From Malacoraja senta (lineage: Eukaryota): a stretch of DNA of 64,000 nt. The translations under genes and the position numbers were made by a program. Below the pieces are notes generated by a model. The model saw only the letters and a list, made by a program, of their open reading frames with translations. It was not told the origin of the DNA and searched no databases. The DNA is taken from assembly GCA_038087875.1 (NCBI GenBank), contig CM075994.1, positions 6,574,001 to 6,638,000 of the forward strand, given 5' to 3'. Of this stretch, positions 39,071 to 52,325 are shown in pieces. The number at the start of each line of letters is the position of its first letter. The first letter of the stretch is position 1.

Positions 39071-40687
39071 TCCCTTCTCCAGGTAAAATCCCACGACCTG
39101 CCCGGTCTTACTCGTAAGTTGCATACTCGCACTTATTTTCATCGACATTCCTAATGCTTTCCCTCGTGTTCAATGTCTCTACAACAATAGAGACATAGTG
39201 GCAAAGAGTTGTGAAATGGGAATTATCAGAGGGTTATTTTGTAGCAATTTGTCGAAATACCCACCGTCGGTATCATGACGATCCATCTCAGTCTATCGAG
39301 ATTTGTGTTTTATTTATTTCAGAAGCCGGTCGCAAGAGGAGGTAGGACAAGCTTTTGACTGAAACAATGTATGTTTTTATAGTGCAGCTCAAAAAAACAG
39401 CTAATGCTCAGCTTCTAACCAGCTGTTAAATATTTGCAGCGTTCGTGATGAAACCAAACCAATGTTGGTGGTATATGGCGCGTTGCCCATTGATAACTAT
39501 GATTGCATCTTTTTCTACGACGTGGCCTTGGGAGAGACATCTGATATCATCAAACGAGGTAAAACTAATACCTTTTCCATCATTCTTTTCATAAGATCTT
39601 TAAGCAATACTTATATGTGAAGATTAATGGTATTAAGGGACTCTGGGGGAAGCATCACAGAGACAAAGCAAAGATTGTTGGCATTTGAACAGATCCTTGT
39701 TCCTGGGAGAATGGATTTTCTGTGCTGGGTGAAATTGTGCGGACTAGGCCTGTGTACTCGAGGGTTCAGGTGTATTAGAGGAGATCTCAGTGAAACACAA
39801 AGTACTTACAGGGCTCAGTGGGCTGGATGCAGGGAATATGTTTCCCCTGTCTGAGGGGTCTGGAGCCAGCAGAGACCCTCTCAGAATGTGGGCTGGACCA
39901 TTTAGGACGGAGACAAGGAGGCATTACTGCACGCTGAGACTAGGCAACCTTTAGAATTCACTGCACCGGTGGCTGTGGATAATCAGTCATTCAGTGCTCT
40001 TGGAACCAGAGAGCCATGGTTGTACATTACAGAGTCAGGCCCTTTGGCCCATCGCGTCCATGTTCACCTTTTTTCCCAGCCGCACAAATCCCATTTGCCC
40101 ACATTAAAACCATATTATTCTCACCATGTTTGTTAAATCACAATGCCTCTTAGATGTTGTGATTACATCTGATTTCATCACCTTCTCTGGCAAAATATTC
40201 CATATATCAACCACTTTCTGTGTGTGAAGAAAACTCACCACTCAGATCCACTTTAAAACTCCATCCTCTCCTGTTAAACCCGCGCCCTCCAGTTTTCATA
40301 TCCCTGTATGAACATAGGGTTCCGAAGATCTAGCCTCTATCCTGCTGCAGACTTTGATCTCCTTCTTCGCTATCCATAACATTTCCCGTACTCCACAACT
40401 TACTAGACAAACCTCCAACATTCACATCCAAGCCATGAAAACATAAAATAAACAGCAAAGGTTGCAGCACCAATCTCTGCTGCACACCACCCGTCACCAG
40501 ATTTCCAAGCAGAACAATCAACCTTCCACCATTACATTCTACCTCAAACCACCTAGCCAATTTTGGATCAATTTAACCAGCTCGCTTGGATCCCACTTTC
40601 CTTCGCTTTCTGAACCAGCCTTACATGCGGAACTTTGTCAACTCCCTCGGTAAAGTTCATATTTTGGTTCACAATGAGATCAGTGTA

Positions 40688-41458
40688 GACAAAAGTGCTG
40701 GAGAAACTCAGGGGATGCGGCAGCATCTATGGAGCGAAGGAAATAGGCAATGTTTCGGGCCGAAACCCTTCTTCAGACTGATGTAGGGTTGGAGGGGGCG
40801 CAGGAAGAAGAAAGGAAGAGGAGGAGCCAGAGGGCTGAGGGAGAGCTGAGAAGGGGAGGAGACAGTGAGGGGTACCTGAAATAGGTGAAGCCAATGCTCA
40901 TGCCGCTGGGGTATAAACTGCCCAAGCGAAATATGAGGTGTTGCTCCTCCAATTTCTGGTGGTCCTCACTCTGGCCATGGTGAGGCCCAGGACAGAAAGG
41001 TCGGATTCGGAATGGGAGGGGGAGATGAAGTGCTGAGCCACCGGGAGATCAGGTTGGTTATTGCGGACCGAGCTGAGGTGTTCGACGAAGCGATCGCCAA
41101 GCCTACGCTTGGTCTCACCGATATAGATCAGCTGACCTTTAGAGCAGCGGATGCAATAGATGAGGTTGGAGGTGCAGTCACACCTGGAATGACTGCTTAG
41201 GTCCATGAATGGAGTCAAGGGGGGAGGTAAAGCCACAAGTGTAGCATTTCTTGCGGTTGCAAGGGAAAGTACCCGTGGAGGGGGTGTTACGGGTGGGAAG
41301 GGACGAATTGACCAGGGAGTTATGGAGGGAGCGGTCTTTGCCGAAAGCAGACAGGGGAGGAGATGGGAAGATGTGGCGAGCGGTGGGGTCATGTTGGAGG
41401 TGTCGAAAATGACGGAGGATTATTTGTTGTATGTGACGGCTAGTAGGGTAGAAGGTGA
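40688..41458 (-). mobile_element. Penelope-like element 3' part (GIY-YIG endonuclease + tail)
   Basis: NLIYCIRC...IYIGETKRRLGDRFVEH...PVAQHF; tail carrying CTGAAGA...GAAAC. Confidence 0.85.
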
Positions 41459-42604
41459 TACACAGACATAACACACAAACTACAGATACTCAAACAATGC
41501 AAAACTTTTAGGGTTATTTTAGGTTAAAAGTAATAGCCCTCATTTGAAAAGGCACCAAAGTGGGTCTCTAACATAAATATAGGCTCATTGTAGCTTAAAA
41601 TGAATACTCATCGAGTAAACATCAGAGCATTCGATTCTTGGTCAGGATGTGACATTTACAACAGAAATAAGACAGGTCTCTTACAGATCTGTTATCCAGC
41701 CTGGCACTGCCCCAGTCCCATTATGGCCGTTACCCCCACTCTCCCCACTATGGCAGTCAGTGGGGTTCAGTAAACGGGGGAACCCAGAGGATATGTCCTG
41801 ACCCTTTAATTAGGCAGGTTCATGAGCCCTTAAAACCTGGGAACTCTGCTGCAGTCTCATTACATTTCCTATTAAAGTGACTGGAAGATGCCTTGCAGGA
41901 CTGTCCCCCAGCCTGGAACTGCCCCAGTCCCACTATGGCCATTACCCCCATTCTCCCCACTATGGCAGTCAGTGGTCATCCCTTCCTTTCCTCTCCACAG
42001 ACTCTGCTTTTCAGACAGTTGATCCAAATTGTATCCCTGGATCGTGCCACTGGATTCCTCAATCGATAACTAAATCGGTGCCTCGCCACCACACCCCAAC
42101 CTCCAGGTGATGCCTCAAGTTCACCAGTTCCTATTGGATTGTGGTCCTTGAGTTAATAACCCTGTTTAAAGTCAGGATTATTCCCTTCATGATCTTACAC
42201 ACTTTTGTAAGATTACCCCTCATCCTACTGCGCTCCAAGGAATAAGTTCCTAGTCTGCCCAACCTCTCCCTATAGTGAGGTCCTCAGGCCCAGGCAACAT
42301 CCTCATAAATATTGGCTCCACCCTTTCCCATTCATCCACATTCTTAATATACCAGAGTGAACAAAACTGAACACGGTTTCACCTGAAGACTGGTGCATGA
42401 GAGACGAGTGTACTGATGTGGATTAAAATATGTTTCCGTCCATCCTGATGAACGGAGATGCGGGAGGTGGGATCCACTGCCCAACAGGTGCAACGCCTCC
42501 TTAGTTACACCTCCATAGCGCTGATCCCTGTCCCTTTCACCCCTGTCATCGACAATCCCAGAGGAATCTCCGCTTTCGTCTATATTCAGGCCGGTTTAAT
42601 GTCT

Positions 42605-43175
42605 TTTTTTTATTTTTTAATATTTTTATATTATTAGAAGTAAGTACAATTGTATACAATCATATTTTCATAATACCTTTTATGTACAGCTTCTTATTTA
42701 AAAAAAATTGTAATAAAGAAGAAAAAGAAAAAAGTTAGATAATGAAAAATAGAAAAATGTGAGATATATAGTGTGTGAAAAAGAAAAATAGAGAGTGAAA
42801 AAAGAAAGTTGAGACATAGAAAATAGAAGAAAGGGAGTAAAACAAGAAAAGAGAAGAAAAGAAAATAGAAGTAAGGAGATCATTTATAATCTTGACCATC
42901 CCGTCACGGATTAGCTTTTACACCTGTGTTGCACCATATGTTTCCAAAAAGACGACAAATGGAGACCAACTCGTTATGAATTGGTCAAATTTATCTATTA
43001 GGAGGAATCGCATTTCCTCAAGATGTGCGGTATCCAACATACTTGCAATCCACATTTTGAGCGTTGGTATTGGTGTATTTTTCCAAAATGTCAATATTAA
43101 TTTTTTTGCTATTATTAAACCATAATTTAAAATTGACTTTTGAGAGGAGCTCAATTTGTTCCCATCTTCCATTAA
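42605..43175 (-). mobile_element. L1 3' fragment in the upstream region of copy D
   Basis: 13-bp TSD CGGTTTAATGTCT (42592-42604, 43176-43188), poly(A) tail, ORF2 C-terminus. Confidence 0.88.
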
Positions 43176-44245
43176 CGGTTTAATGTCTAACTGACCGCTC
43201 CCTCGTGTGAGATTAGTTGGAAGTGGCCAGGACACCTTCACACTGAACACTTGCAGCCAAATAACATTCATAGCGCAGCGGGCACTCGCGGTACTGCAGG
43301 GGGTCAGCAGCCCGACGTCAGTGAAAACATTTTGAACCTTGCAGGAAGTTCTGGTGTGAAAATGGCTGCGAAAGAGCTGGTCGAGAGTTGGACCGAGGAG
43401 GTAGTTTGTCCCATCTGCCTGCAGTTCTTCACCGATCCGGTGGCACTGGAGTGTGGCCACAACTTCTGCCGCTCCTGCATCACACAGAGTTGGGACAGCG
43501 AGGGGACAAACTCCTACCTGGAATGCAGAGAGGAGCCTACAGAGCACACCCTCAGAGTGAACCAGCCCTTGGTTAGACTGTCTGAGAAAGCTCAATCACT
43601 GAGCCTGAATCTCAAAGCCAAGAAAAGTAAACTTCACTGCGAGAAACATCAGGAAGAACTGAAGCTGTTTTGTAAAACTGACAAGAAACTGATCTGTTGT
43701 TTTGCGCAACTGCGCGGGAACACAAGTCTCACAGCTTAATGCTGATAGAAGAAGCAATTGAATTCTTCAAGGTAAAACCAAATCACTTTTGATCACATCA
43801 TTGTCTAATCTTTTCTTTATTGTCTGACATTTTTATTATCTCATCTGAAACCCAACCCCAACAGGAACAGGTGAAATCTTCTTTCGAATCTCTCACAGAA
43901 AAGGAATCAGAGATCCTGAAAATGGAGGAGGAACAGAAAGAGAGCATTTCTGGAGTTCAGGTTTGTACTGCCAATGTTCTTGTGTGGATTAATATGGCAC
44001 CTGTATAGAGCTCAGTAGTTGAGGGCCAGAACTCTTGGGAGAGGTTGAGCAGCCAAGGAATTTACCCCCTGGAGCGCAGCAATCTAAAGAATGGTCTGTG
44101 GCAGGTGTATAATATCATGAAACAAAATGATACGTTGGATGGTCAGTCTTTTGCTCTTAGTAGGGGGGTCGAGAATGTGAGGTTTCAGGTGAAAGGGAAA
44201 AGATTTAAAACGAACATGAAGGACAACTTTGGTAGTGGGTACATG

Positions 44246-46281
44246 CAGGGCCGGCCTTAGGAGGTGCGGTGCCCAATTGGGAACAATTTTGGTGAGCCCC
44301 AGATTCCCAGCCACGGTCTATTAGCCCTGTTATTTATTATATACTTGACTAAGTGGGACCCGTTGGGTCCCATGTTCACAAGGGAGGGCTTGTCCCCCGA
44401 CGCAATATTCCACCTCTCCACCAATTCCAATATTGGTGGCCAGTGGGGGCTTTCTGGAGCACTAGTATGGGTATTGTGGGCTGAAGGGACTGGTTTCCAG
44501 AGGGCTTGTATGGACATTGTGGGCCAAATAGATTCTTGGGGTGGCAGCTCAGTCACTCAAGCCTGATGTGCTGGCAGCTCACTCACGGCTGGTGGGCTAG
44601 CAGTTGACTCACGGCTATTCCTTGAAATTCCATTTCAAGCAGGGTGCAAGGCAACCAAATTCAAATGCAGTTTCCTACCATTTCAAGCAGGGTGCAAGGC
44701 CACCAAATTCAAGTGCAGTTTCTTACCACTTCAAGCAGGGTGCAAGGCCACCAAATTCAATTGCAGTTACATACCACTTCAAGCAGGGTGCAAGGCCACC
44801 ACATGCAAATGCAGTTTCATACCATTTCAAGCAGGGTGAAACCACCATAAAACCACACAAAACACCACATAAACACCACACTCACAGTTCAGTAGACATT
44901 CAGTGTGTTCAGTTGATTCACAGCTGAGACAGTCGTGACCTCTCCCTCCCCCATCTTGCAGAGACTGAGCCACACCCACACTTCCGAGTTTTATAATCCC
45001 TCCCCCTCCAACCGGAAGGGGCGTGGCCTTCATGGGGTGATTGACATGAGAGCGATTCTCAACATTTTTAAAACACTAATAACACTTTTATTTTTCATTC
45101 ATGGGAAGAATCCTCTGAACCTGATGAGCGGCGGGGGACTGAGTAAGATGGCCAAAAATCACAGCCGTAAGTGGTAGCGTTTTATCTAAAATCAATATAC
45201 AGTGCAAACAGGAAGTTGACAAGTTTCCACCAACAGCCATTTTTGCAGTGCAGCCTTTCAAAGCAGTTACCACCACCAACAGCCATTTTTGCAGTGCAGC
45301 CTTTCAAAGCAGTTACCACTACCAACAACAGCCATTTTTGCAGTGCAGCCTTTCAAAGCAGTTACCACCACCAACAACAGCCATTTTTGCAGTGCAGCGT
45401 TTCAAAGCAACCACATTTTCATTTTCAAACCACATTAAGGGCACACAGTTGAGTAGACATGTGTTCAGTGTTATTCACAGCTCAGAGAGACGTGACCCTC
45501 TCGCTTCCTCCATCTTGCAGAGACTGAGTGAGGCACAACACTTCCGGGTTTTATAGTCCATCCCCCTCCCACCAGCAGGGGCAGCAGAGAGAATGTCAAC
45601 ATTTTTAAAACATTAATAATTCCTATATTTTTCATCGATGGGATTTTTCATACAACAGGCTTCATAGCCACCTGCAGTTGGGACCGTGAAATTACGGCAA
45701 CACCTGGCGACTATTGCATATAGACTCAGTGCCTGTTTCTGTGCATTATGTGCTAACCGGGCAGTGTACTTGGGTACGGCAATAATCTCACTGATCTCTA
45801 TGCAAAATAATTTCACTGCACCTTGGTAGACGTGACAATGAAGGAACTATTGTGTCCACACATTTATGCATGTGAGTGTGGCATATATCAAACGCTATTC
45901 CATTTGGTAACTGCTGCTTTTGGGAGAGTCAGCTGCTCGGTCAGTGACTATCCTGGTAACATCAGGCGTGTGTACACATCCACTGGTGGGCTCACCGTAA
46001 CTGTCTAGTTGTTGTAAAGTTGTAGTAACGGGTCCCCCGTGCCCCGGGTGTATAAATACCGGTAAGTGTGGGTGCAAAAAGGGATACAGGAATAGTATCC
46101 TGGAAAGTGGTGACAGTATTGAGAGTTAATCGCGTGGCTCTGTCGTTATCGGTGAGGAATTTCACTAATGAGATCGCTGTGGAGGGGATAGAGTGTGTTG
46201 CCCACCAGCCTTGAGCGGGGCCCCCTTAGGCGCGGGGACCAATTGGAAGCAATTGGTCCAATTGGCTTAAGGCCGGCCCTG
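44246..46281. mobile_element. Non-autonomous hAT element
   Basis: TIR CAGGGCCGGCCTTA; 8-bp TSD GGTACATG at 44238-44245 and 46282-46289. Confidence 0.88.
44345..45645 (-). mobile_element. Non-autonomous Helitron nested in the hAT element
   Basis: Same GGGACCC hairpin 3' end; body shared with 54577-57657; about 48-bp and 51-bp tandem repeats. Confidence 0.75.
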
Positions 46282-47961
46282 GGTACATGGAACGAGCTGC
46301 CAGAGGAGGTAGTTGAGTCAGGTACCGTAACAACATTTAAAAGATAGTCAAAAAAATTCATGGAGAGAAAAGTTTTAGAACTGTCTTGGCCAAATGCGTA
46401 CAGGTGGAAATTGCGCAGATGGGAAGTTTTGGTTAGTATCTAACATACCTTGCTGTATGGCTCTATGAAGTCTGTCATTCTAAGTGGTACTGCTAGTTCT
46501 GGTGGCCTGGTTCTGTCCGCTGAGGATTAATGGATATGAAATGGAATCGGTTGCAGGTAATTGTACTGGGGAAATGGAAATTATGTGATTGTACATTACT
46601 TTCACCAAATATTTCTGAATTATCAAGACAAGCTCTTGAATTGCCAAAGCTACGGATTAAATACATGTAAATGGGATTAGTGTAGATACATACAGAGCCC
46701 AGCATGGACATGTTGGGCCGAATGGCACTCAAGAGTGACATAATATATTGATTCTCACCTTTCATCTGACAGGAAGAGTCACACAACCTTCAGTCACTGA
46801 TCACATCCCAGTTTACTGAAATGCACCAGATTCTCACTGAGAAAGAGCGGCGCTTACTCAGAGATGTCCAGGAAGAAGAGGAGAAGATTGTAAAAACAAT
46901 GGAGAAAAATCTTCAAGAGATACAAGATAATTTAATTTCCATTCAGGAGGAACTCTCAAAGTTACAGGAACAGATAGACCACAAAGATGGTGTGATATTT
47001 CTAAAGGTGAGGGGTAACACTACAGTTTGGCGAAGTGAAAGTGCACAGTCACAAAATGGTGGGTTAAATTTCTGAAATAAATGCTGCATTTACCAGTAAT
47101 TCTGTACTGGGTCAATGTTCCATCTACTCACCACATCTGACAATAATGCCCCAAATTCCAGGAATCCTCATGTATTTATCCCACTTCATCTTAAATTATC
47201 TGCAATATTGTCTTCAGGCCACCCTGTGAGTTCCACGTTCTGTTTACTGCATTTCTTGTGGAATTTATTAAAGGCCATTATACATTTCAGGTTTTATTTT
47301 TCTTCTCTCCACAAGTAGTGATAATATTTCCAACCCCCACCCATTTAAATCCGCCGCTGATCTTAAAATGTTCCATCTCATTATCATGACATCTTCTCCA
47401 GATAAAATCCCATGACCTGCCTAATCTTACTTGTAAGTTGCATACTCGCAGTTATTTTCATCGACATTCATAATGCTTTCCCCCGTGTTCGATGTGTCTA
47501 TGACAATATCCACTTTCTGTCTGTGTGACAGCGGCAAGGAGTTGGGGAATGGGAATTATCAGGGGTTTTTTTTGTTTCAATTGAATGAAATACCCGCCGT
47601 GGGGATCATGACGATCCATCTCATTCTATTGAGATTTGTGTTTTATTTATTTCAGGAGGAAGCTGGTCGCAAGACGTGGTAGGACATGCTTTTGACTAAA
47701 ACAATGTATGTTTTAAAAGAACGCCCCCAAAAAATATTGCTCAGATTATAACCAGCTGTTAAATATTTGCAGGGTTAGTGATGAAGCCAAACCAATGTTG
47801 GTGGTAGATGATGCGCTGCCAATTGAAAAGTTTGATCGCACCTTTTTCTTCAACATTGTATTGAGAGAAAAATTTGATGTCATCAAACGAGGTAAAACAT
47901 ACCTATTAACAACTCTTTGTGTGAAGAAAATTGCGCCCTCCAGTATTGATATCCCTGCATG

Positions 47962-48591
47962 CATGGGCTAAATCCCGGGGTTAGGGGGGATAATCCCCAC
48001 ATGATTTGAGAGATGGGGACAATCCCCCCCATGTTTTCTTGTATGTCGAAACGTAATTTAGGCCTATTCGCCAGCCCCTTTACCCCCCTAAGTGTTCCCA
48101 CCCACCACGGAAGGAAGCTAGTGTTACACGCTTCCCAATTAAGCCAGTGCAAACTGTAATTACCGTATCATTTGTACATACGTACGCGTACATCAGCAGT
48201 CTCCAAACTACAGCCACATCCGGTCCGCCACGAGATCTTATCCGGCCTACAGTAAACTGAGCGCAGGACGGAGTATGTGCCAGTTAGGCATCGATTCGAT
48301 TCGAGTCGGGTAGCACGGCGGCCCGAAGCTGCTCTTAGTGTTGTTACCGGGTAGGTCCCTTGAATTGTCAGAGCCGAGAAAAGGCCGCCCTGAAGAAGGG
48401 TGCAATGGGAAGCGGGGGGTGTTCGGCGGCGGCCAAAATGGGGGTCGGCGGCCGGGGCGATGTTCGGTGGCAGCGGCGGCAGCGGTCACAATGGGTCGCC
48501 GACACGTTATAACATGCGAACATTCCTCTCCCCTCTATGCCCTCTCTCTTTGTGTCCCCCCCCCATGATTTAAAAACGATTTCCGCCCATG
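47962..48591. mobile_element. hAT-type MITE
   Basis: TIR CATGGGC..AAATC; 8-bp TSD CCTGCATG at 47954-47961 and 48592-48599. Confidence 0.85.
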
Positions 48592-49179
48592 CCTGCATGA
48601 CAATAAGGTTTCGATGATCTAGCTTATATCTTGTTGCAAACTTTGACAGACTTCCTCACTCTCCACAACTTTTCCCATTCTCCACAAATGTACTAGACAC
48701 ACCTCCTACATTCTCATCCAAGCCAAGAAATTCTATATTATTACTAAAACTCTCTTCTTGACCACTTCCTGTCTACGATGTAAATAAATTTTAGCAAAAA
48801 CACTACCATATATCGCTATGATTTTTTCGCCATATTACTCACCATGCTCCTCCGCTCCAAGCACTCAAGCTTTGTTCAGATCGATGAAATAATAGAAAAG
48901 TTATGAAGGTTTAAAAAATCGTCAGATCAGCAAATTGGTCTTCTCGCCAGTCAATAACCAAAGGTAACATCCCTTCCGGGGGTCAAGAGGCCAGTCGTGA
49001 GTCAGTGAGGTCGGAAGACAATGAGTGAGAGTGCAGTCCAGAACTATGAGTCTACGCTATGCTGATTGACTGAACTGTGAGTCTACGTTGTGCTGACTGA
49101 ACTGTGAGTCTACACCATGAGTTACTGAACTGTACGTCTATGCCATAATGAGTGACTGAACTGTGAGTCTACACTACAA

Positions 49180-49370
49180 ACTGTCGCTCACTCCGCAAGT
49201 CGCGCTCACTCCGCAAGTCCCGCTCACTCCGCAAGTCCCGCTCACTCCGCAAGTCCCGCTCACTCCGCAAGTCCCGCTCACTCCGCAAGTCCCGCTCACT
49301 CCGCAAGTCCCGCTCACTCCGCAAGTCCCGCTCACTCTGCAAGTCCCGCTCACTCCGCAAGTCCCACTCA
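49180..49370. repeat. 18-bp minisatellite (CTCACTCCGCAAGTCCCG)
   Basis: About 10 tandem copies. Confidence 0.95.
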
Positions 49371-49769
49371 GTCCAGAGGCCATGCTCAGCCGCGTGAGTA
49401 GATTCAAGAGAGTTTCATTGTCATATATATATATATGTCCCGTTTGTGTGTGCGTGTGCGCGTGTGTGTGCGTGTAACTGATGGAGAGTGTGAGTGATGG
49501 AGGATGTGCACGTGTGTGAGAGATGGTGGGTGTGTGTGAGAGATGGATGGTGTGTGTGTGTGATGGAAGGTGTGTGGGTGTGAGTGTGTGTGTGTGTGTG
49601 AGATATGGAGGGTGTGTGTGAGATGGTGTGTGTGTGAGTGTGTGTGTGTGTGTGAGAGATGGAGGGTGTGTGGGTGAGTGTGTGATGGAGGGTGTGTGTG
49701 TGTGTGAGTTGGAGGGTGTGAGTGTGCGTTTGTGTGATGGAGTGTGTGTGTGTGTGTGTGAGCCCAGCA

Positions 49770-50820
49770 GCCATGAGTGAGTGAAAGCCAGCCTACCAGC
49801 CATGAGTGAACTGCCAGCCCATCAGCCATGAGTGAACTGCCAGCCCACCAGCCGTGAGTGTGAACTGCCAGCCCACCAGCCGTGAGCGAGTGAACTGCCA
49901 GTCCACCAGCCATGAGTGAGTGAACTGCCAGCCCACCAGCCACGAGTGAGTGAATTGCTAGCCCATCAGCTGTGAGTGAGTGAACTGTCAGCCCACCAGC
50001 CGTGAGTGAGTGAACTGCCAGCCCACCAGCCGTGAGTGACTGAACTGCCAGCCCACCAGCCGTGAGTGACTGAACTGCCAGCCCACCAGCCGCGAGTGAG
50101 TGAATTGCCAGCCCACCAGCCGTGAATGAGTGAACTGCCTGCCCACCAGCCGTGAGTGAGTGAACTGCCAGCCCAGCAGCCGTGAGTGAGTGAACTGCTA
50201 GCCCACCAGCCATGAGTGAGCGAACTGCCAGCCCACCAGCCGTGAGTGAGCGAACTGCCAGCCCACCAGCCGTGAGTGAGTGAACTGCCAGCCCACCAGC
50301 CGTGAGTGAGCGAACTGCCAGCCCACCAGCCGTGAGTGAGCGAATTGCCAGCCCACCAGCCGTGAGTGAGCGAATTGCCAGCCCACCAGCCGTGAGTGAG
50401 CGAACTGCCAGCCCACCAGCCATGAGTGAGGGAACTGGCAGCCCACCAGCCGTGAGTGAGCGAACTGCCAGCCCACCAGCCGTGAGTGAGTGAACTGACA
50501 GTCCACCAGCCGTGAGTGAGTGAACAGCCAGCCCACCAGCCGTGAGTGACTGAACTGCCAGCCCACCAGCCGTGAGTGACTGAACTGCCAGCCCACCAGC
50601 CGTGAGTGACTGAACTGCCAGCCCACCAGCCGTGAGTGACTGAACTGCCAGCCCACCAGCCATGAGAGAGTGAACTGCCAGCCCACCAGCCGTGAGTGAC
50701 TGAACCGCCAGCCCACCAGCCGTGAGTGACTGAATTGCCAGCCCACCAGCCGTGAATGACTGAACCGACAACCCACCAACCGTGAGTGACTGAACCGCCA
50801 GCCCACCAGCCGTGACTGAA
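49770..50820. repeat. 30-bp minisatellite (TGAACTGCCAGCCCACCAGCCGTGAGTGAG)
   Basis: About 34 tandem copies with no spacers; preceded by a GT-rich tract 49440-49760. Confidence 0.97.
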
Positions 50821-52223
50821 CCGCGAGTCCAAAAATCCATTCGGCCCACAATGTCCATACTCATTTCTGGAAACCAGTCCCCTCGGCCCACAACACCCAA
50901 ACTAGCGCTCCAGAAAGCCCCCCCCCCCCCCCCACTGGCCACCAATATTGGAATTGGTGAAGAGGTGGAATATTGCACCAGCCCTCCCGTGTGAGAATGG
51001 GTCCCAACGGGTCCCACTTAGTATAGTATAAAATAAACAGCAAAGGTTGCAGCACTGATTTCTGCTACACAACACCAGTCACAGACCTCCAAGCAGAAAA
51101 TCCTTCTACCTCGACCTTCCACCTCCAACCACCAAGCCAATGTTGGAACCATTTTACCAACTCGTTTTGGATCCCACCTGCCTTCGCTTTCTGGACCAGC
51201 ATTACAAGCATAACATTGTCAAGTCCCTCAGTGATGTTCATATATATGTTCGCAATGAGATCAGCGTGTTCTTGGTTGCGAAGATGAATCAGATCTACCC
51301 TTCTCTAAAGCAAGCAAGAAAACAGTAGCAAATTGCCTCATCCGTCCAGTCCACTCCCGTTCAGTGTGATCACGGCAACTCCACCCCACATCCCTACATC
51401 CTCTTTAATCTCCTAATTACCACTAACACCAGTCCCCTCATCTTCCAATCTGCCTCTCCCTCGCCATCTACTGGCAAGATATTTGAATACCTGCCTTATT
51501 TCTCCATCCCCACTCGCAAACTCTCGTTCATCATCACGTTCTCTACGTCCGCACGCCTCGCCCCCTCGATTACCCGCGGAATTTCCCCTCTCCGGCACGG
51601 TTAAAAAACCAGGAAAAGATGTCTGTTGTCCATCCGATGTTGTTGTGGGTGAAACCCCGGGCAAGGTTTCAGTTGTCCGCCCGCTGTTGCCCGAGTCTCC
51701 CCCACACCGACCCCCGGGGACTGACTCTCTGATTCTCTGCTTCTCCCCCCAGTCTCCGTCACCCTGGATGTGGAAACAGCGCATGCGCAGCTCGAGGTGT
51801 CTGAGGATCGGAAGAGTGTGAGATGGACCCGGACCCAGAGGAGTCTCCCCGACACCGGGAAGAGGTTTACAGACAGCGCGTGTGCGCTGGGATCGGAGAG
51901 ATTGGGTCGGCGATCACATTCTGCGTTGGAAAACCACAGAGAGCGCGGAAATAAAACCAGGGGGAATGTAAATGCGGGAAGAGTGAAATAAACAGCAACT
52001 GAAATCAGAGCTGTCGATCCGTTCGTTCTAACGCGTTAACCGCGTCCGGCAACGGAACAGAAATACCTTTGTGAAAATATAAAGATTGAAACAATCTTCG
52101 TACCCGCGGGTTCAGCAGCAGCCACGGGCGGTGGGTCCTGAGCTCTGGGCTCCGCTGGGTGCTAAAGTCCGCAGATTCAACGAATTTATAGCGTGTTTGC
52201 AGGGTTTGCTCTCCACACAACAG

Positions 52224-52325
52224 AAGAGTCTGAAGAAGGGTTTCGGCCCGAAACGTTGCCTATTTCCTTCGCTCCATAGATGCTGCTGCACCCGCTGAGT
52301 TTCTCCAGCATTTTTGTGTATCTTC
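52224..52325 (+). mobile_element. Solo Penelope tail with hammerhead-like core
   Basis: Reverse complement of 40688-40780; absent from the paralogous B flank near 11240. Confidence 0.7.

Larger units (their letters stand above)
30824..39558 (+). pseudogene. TRIM pseudogene copy C (exons 3-5 only)
   Basis: Exon 3 30824-35835 split by DIRS; exon 4 reduced to 19 nt (39323-39341); exon 5 39440-39558; exons 1-2 and B30.2 exon not seen. Confidence 0.88.
48732..51026 (+). mobile_element. Non-autonomous Helitron, both termini present
   Basis: 5' TCTATATTATTACTAAAAC; 3' hairpin followed by CTTAGTATAG then T; no TSD; flanks rejoin to the paralogous intron at 40431-40460. Confidence 0.82.
43362..51991 (+). 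pseudogene. TRIM pseudogene copy D
   Basis: Exons 43362-43771 (410 nt, -1 frameshift in B-box, seventh RING ligand Cys to Tyr), 43865-43960, 46773-47006, 47656-47678, 47773-47891, 51753-51991 (PRY only). Confidence 0.88.

Noticed and set aside
41696..41975. 68-bp direct repeats as mini-LTRs
   Set aside because: No TG..CA ends, PBS or TSD; probably a local duplication.
49404..51017. 537-aa and overlapping repetitive ORFs; CRISPR-like periodicity
   Set aside because: Product of a stop-free 30-bp minisatellite with no unique spacers, inside a Helitron in vertebrate DNA.
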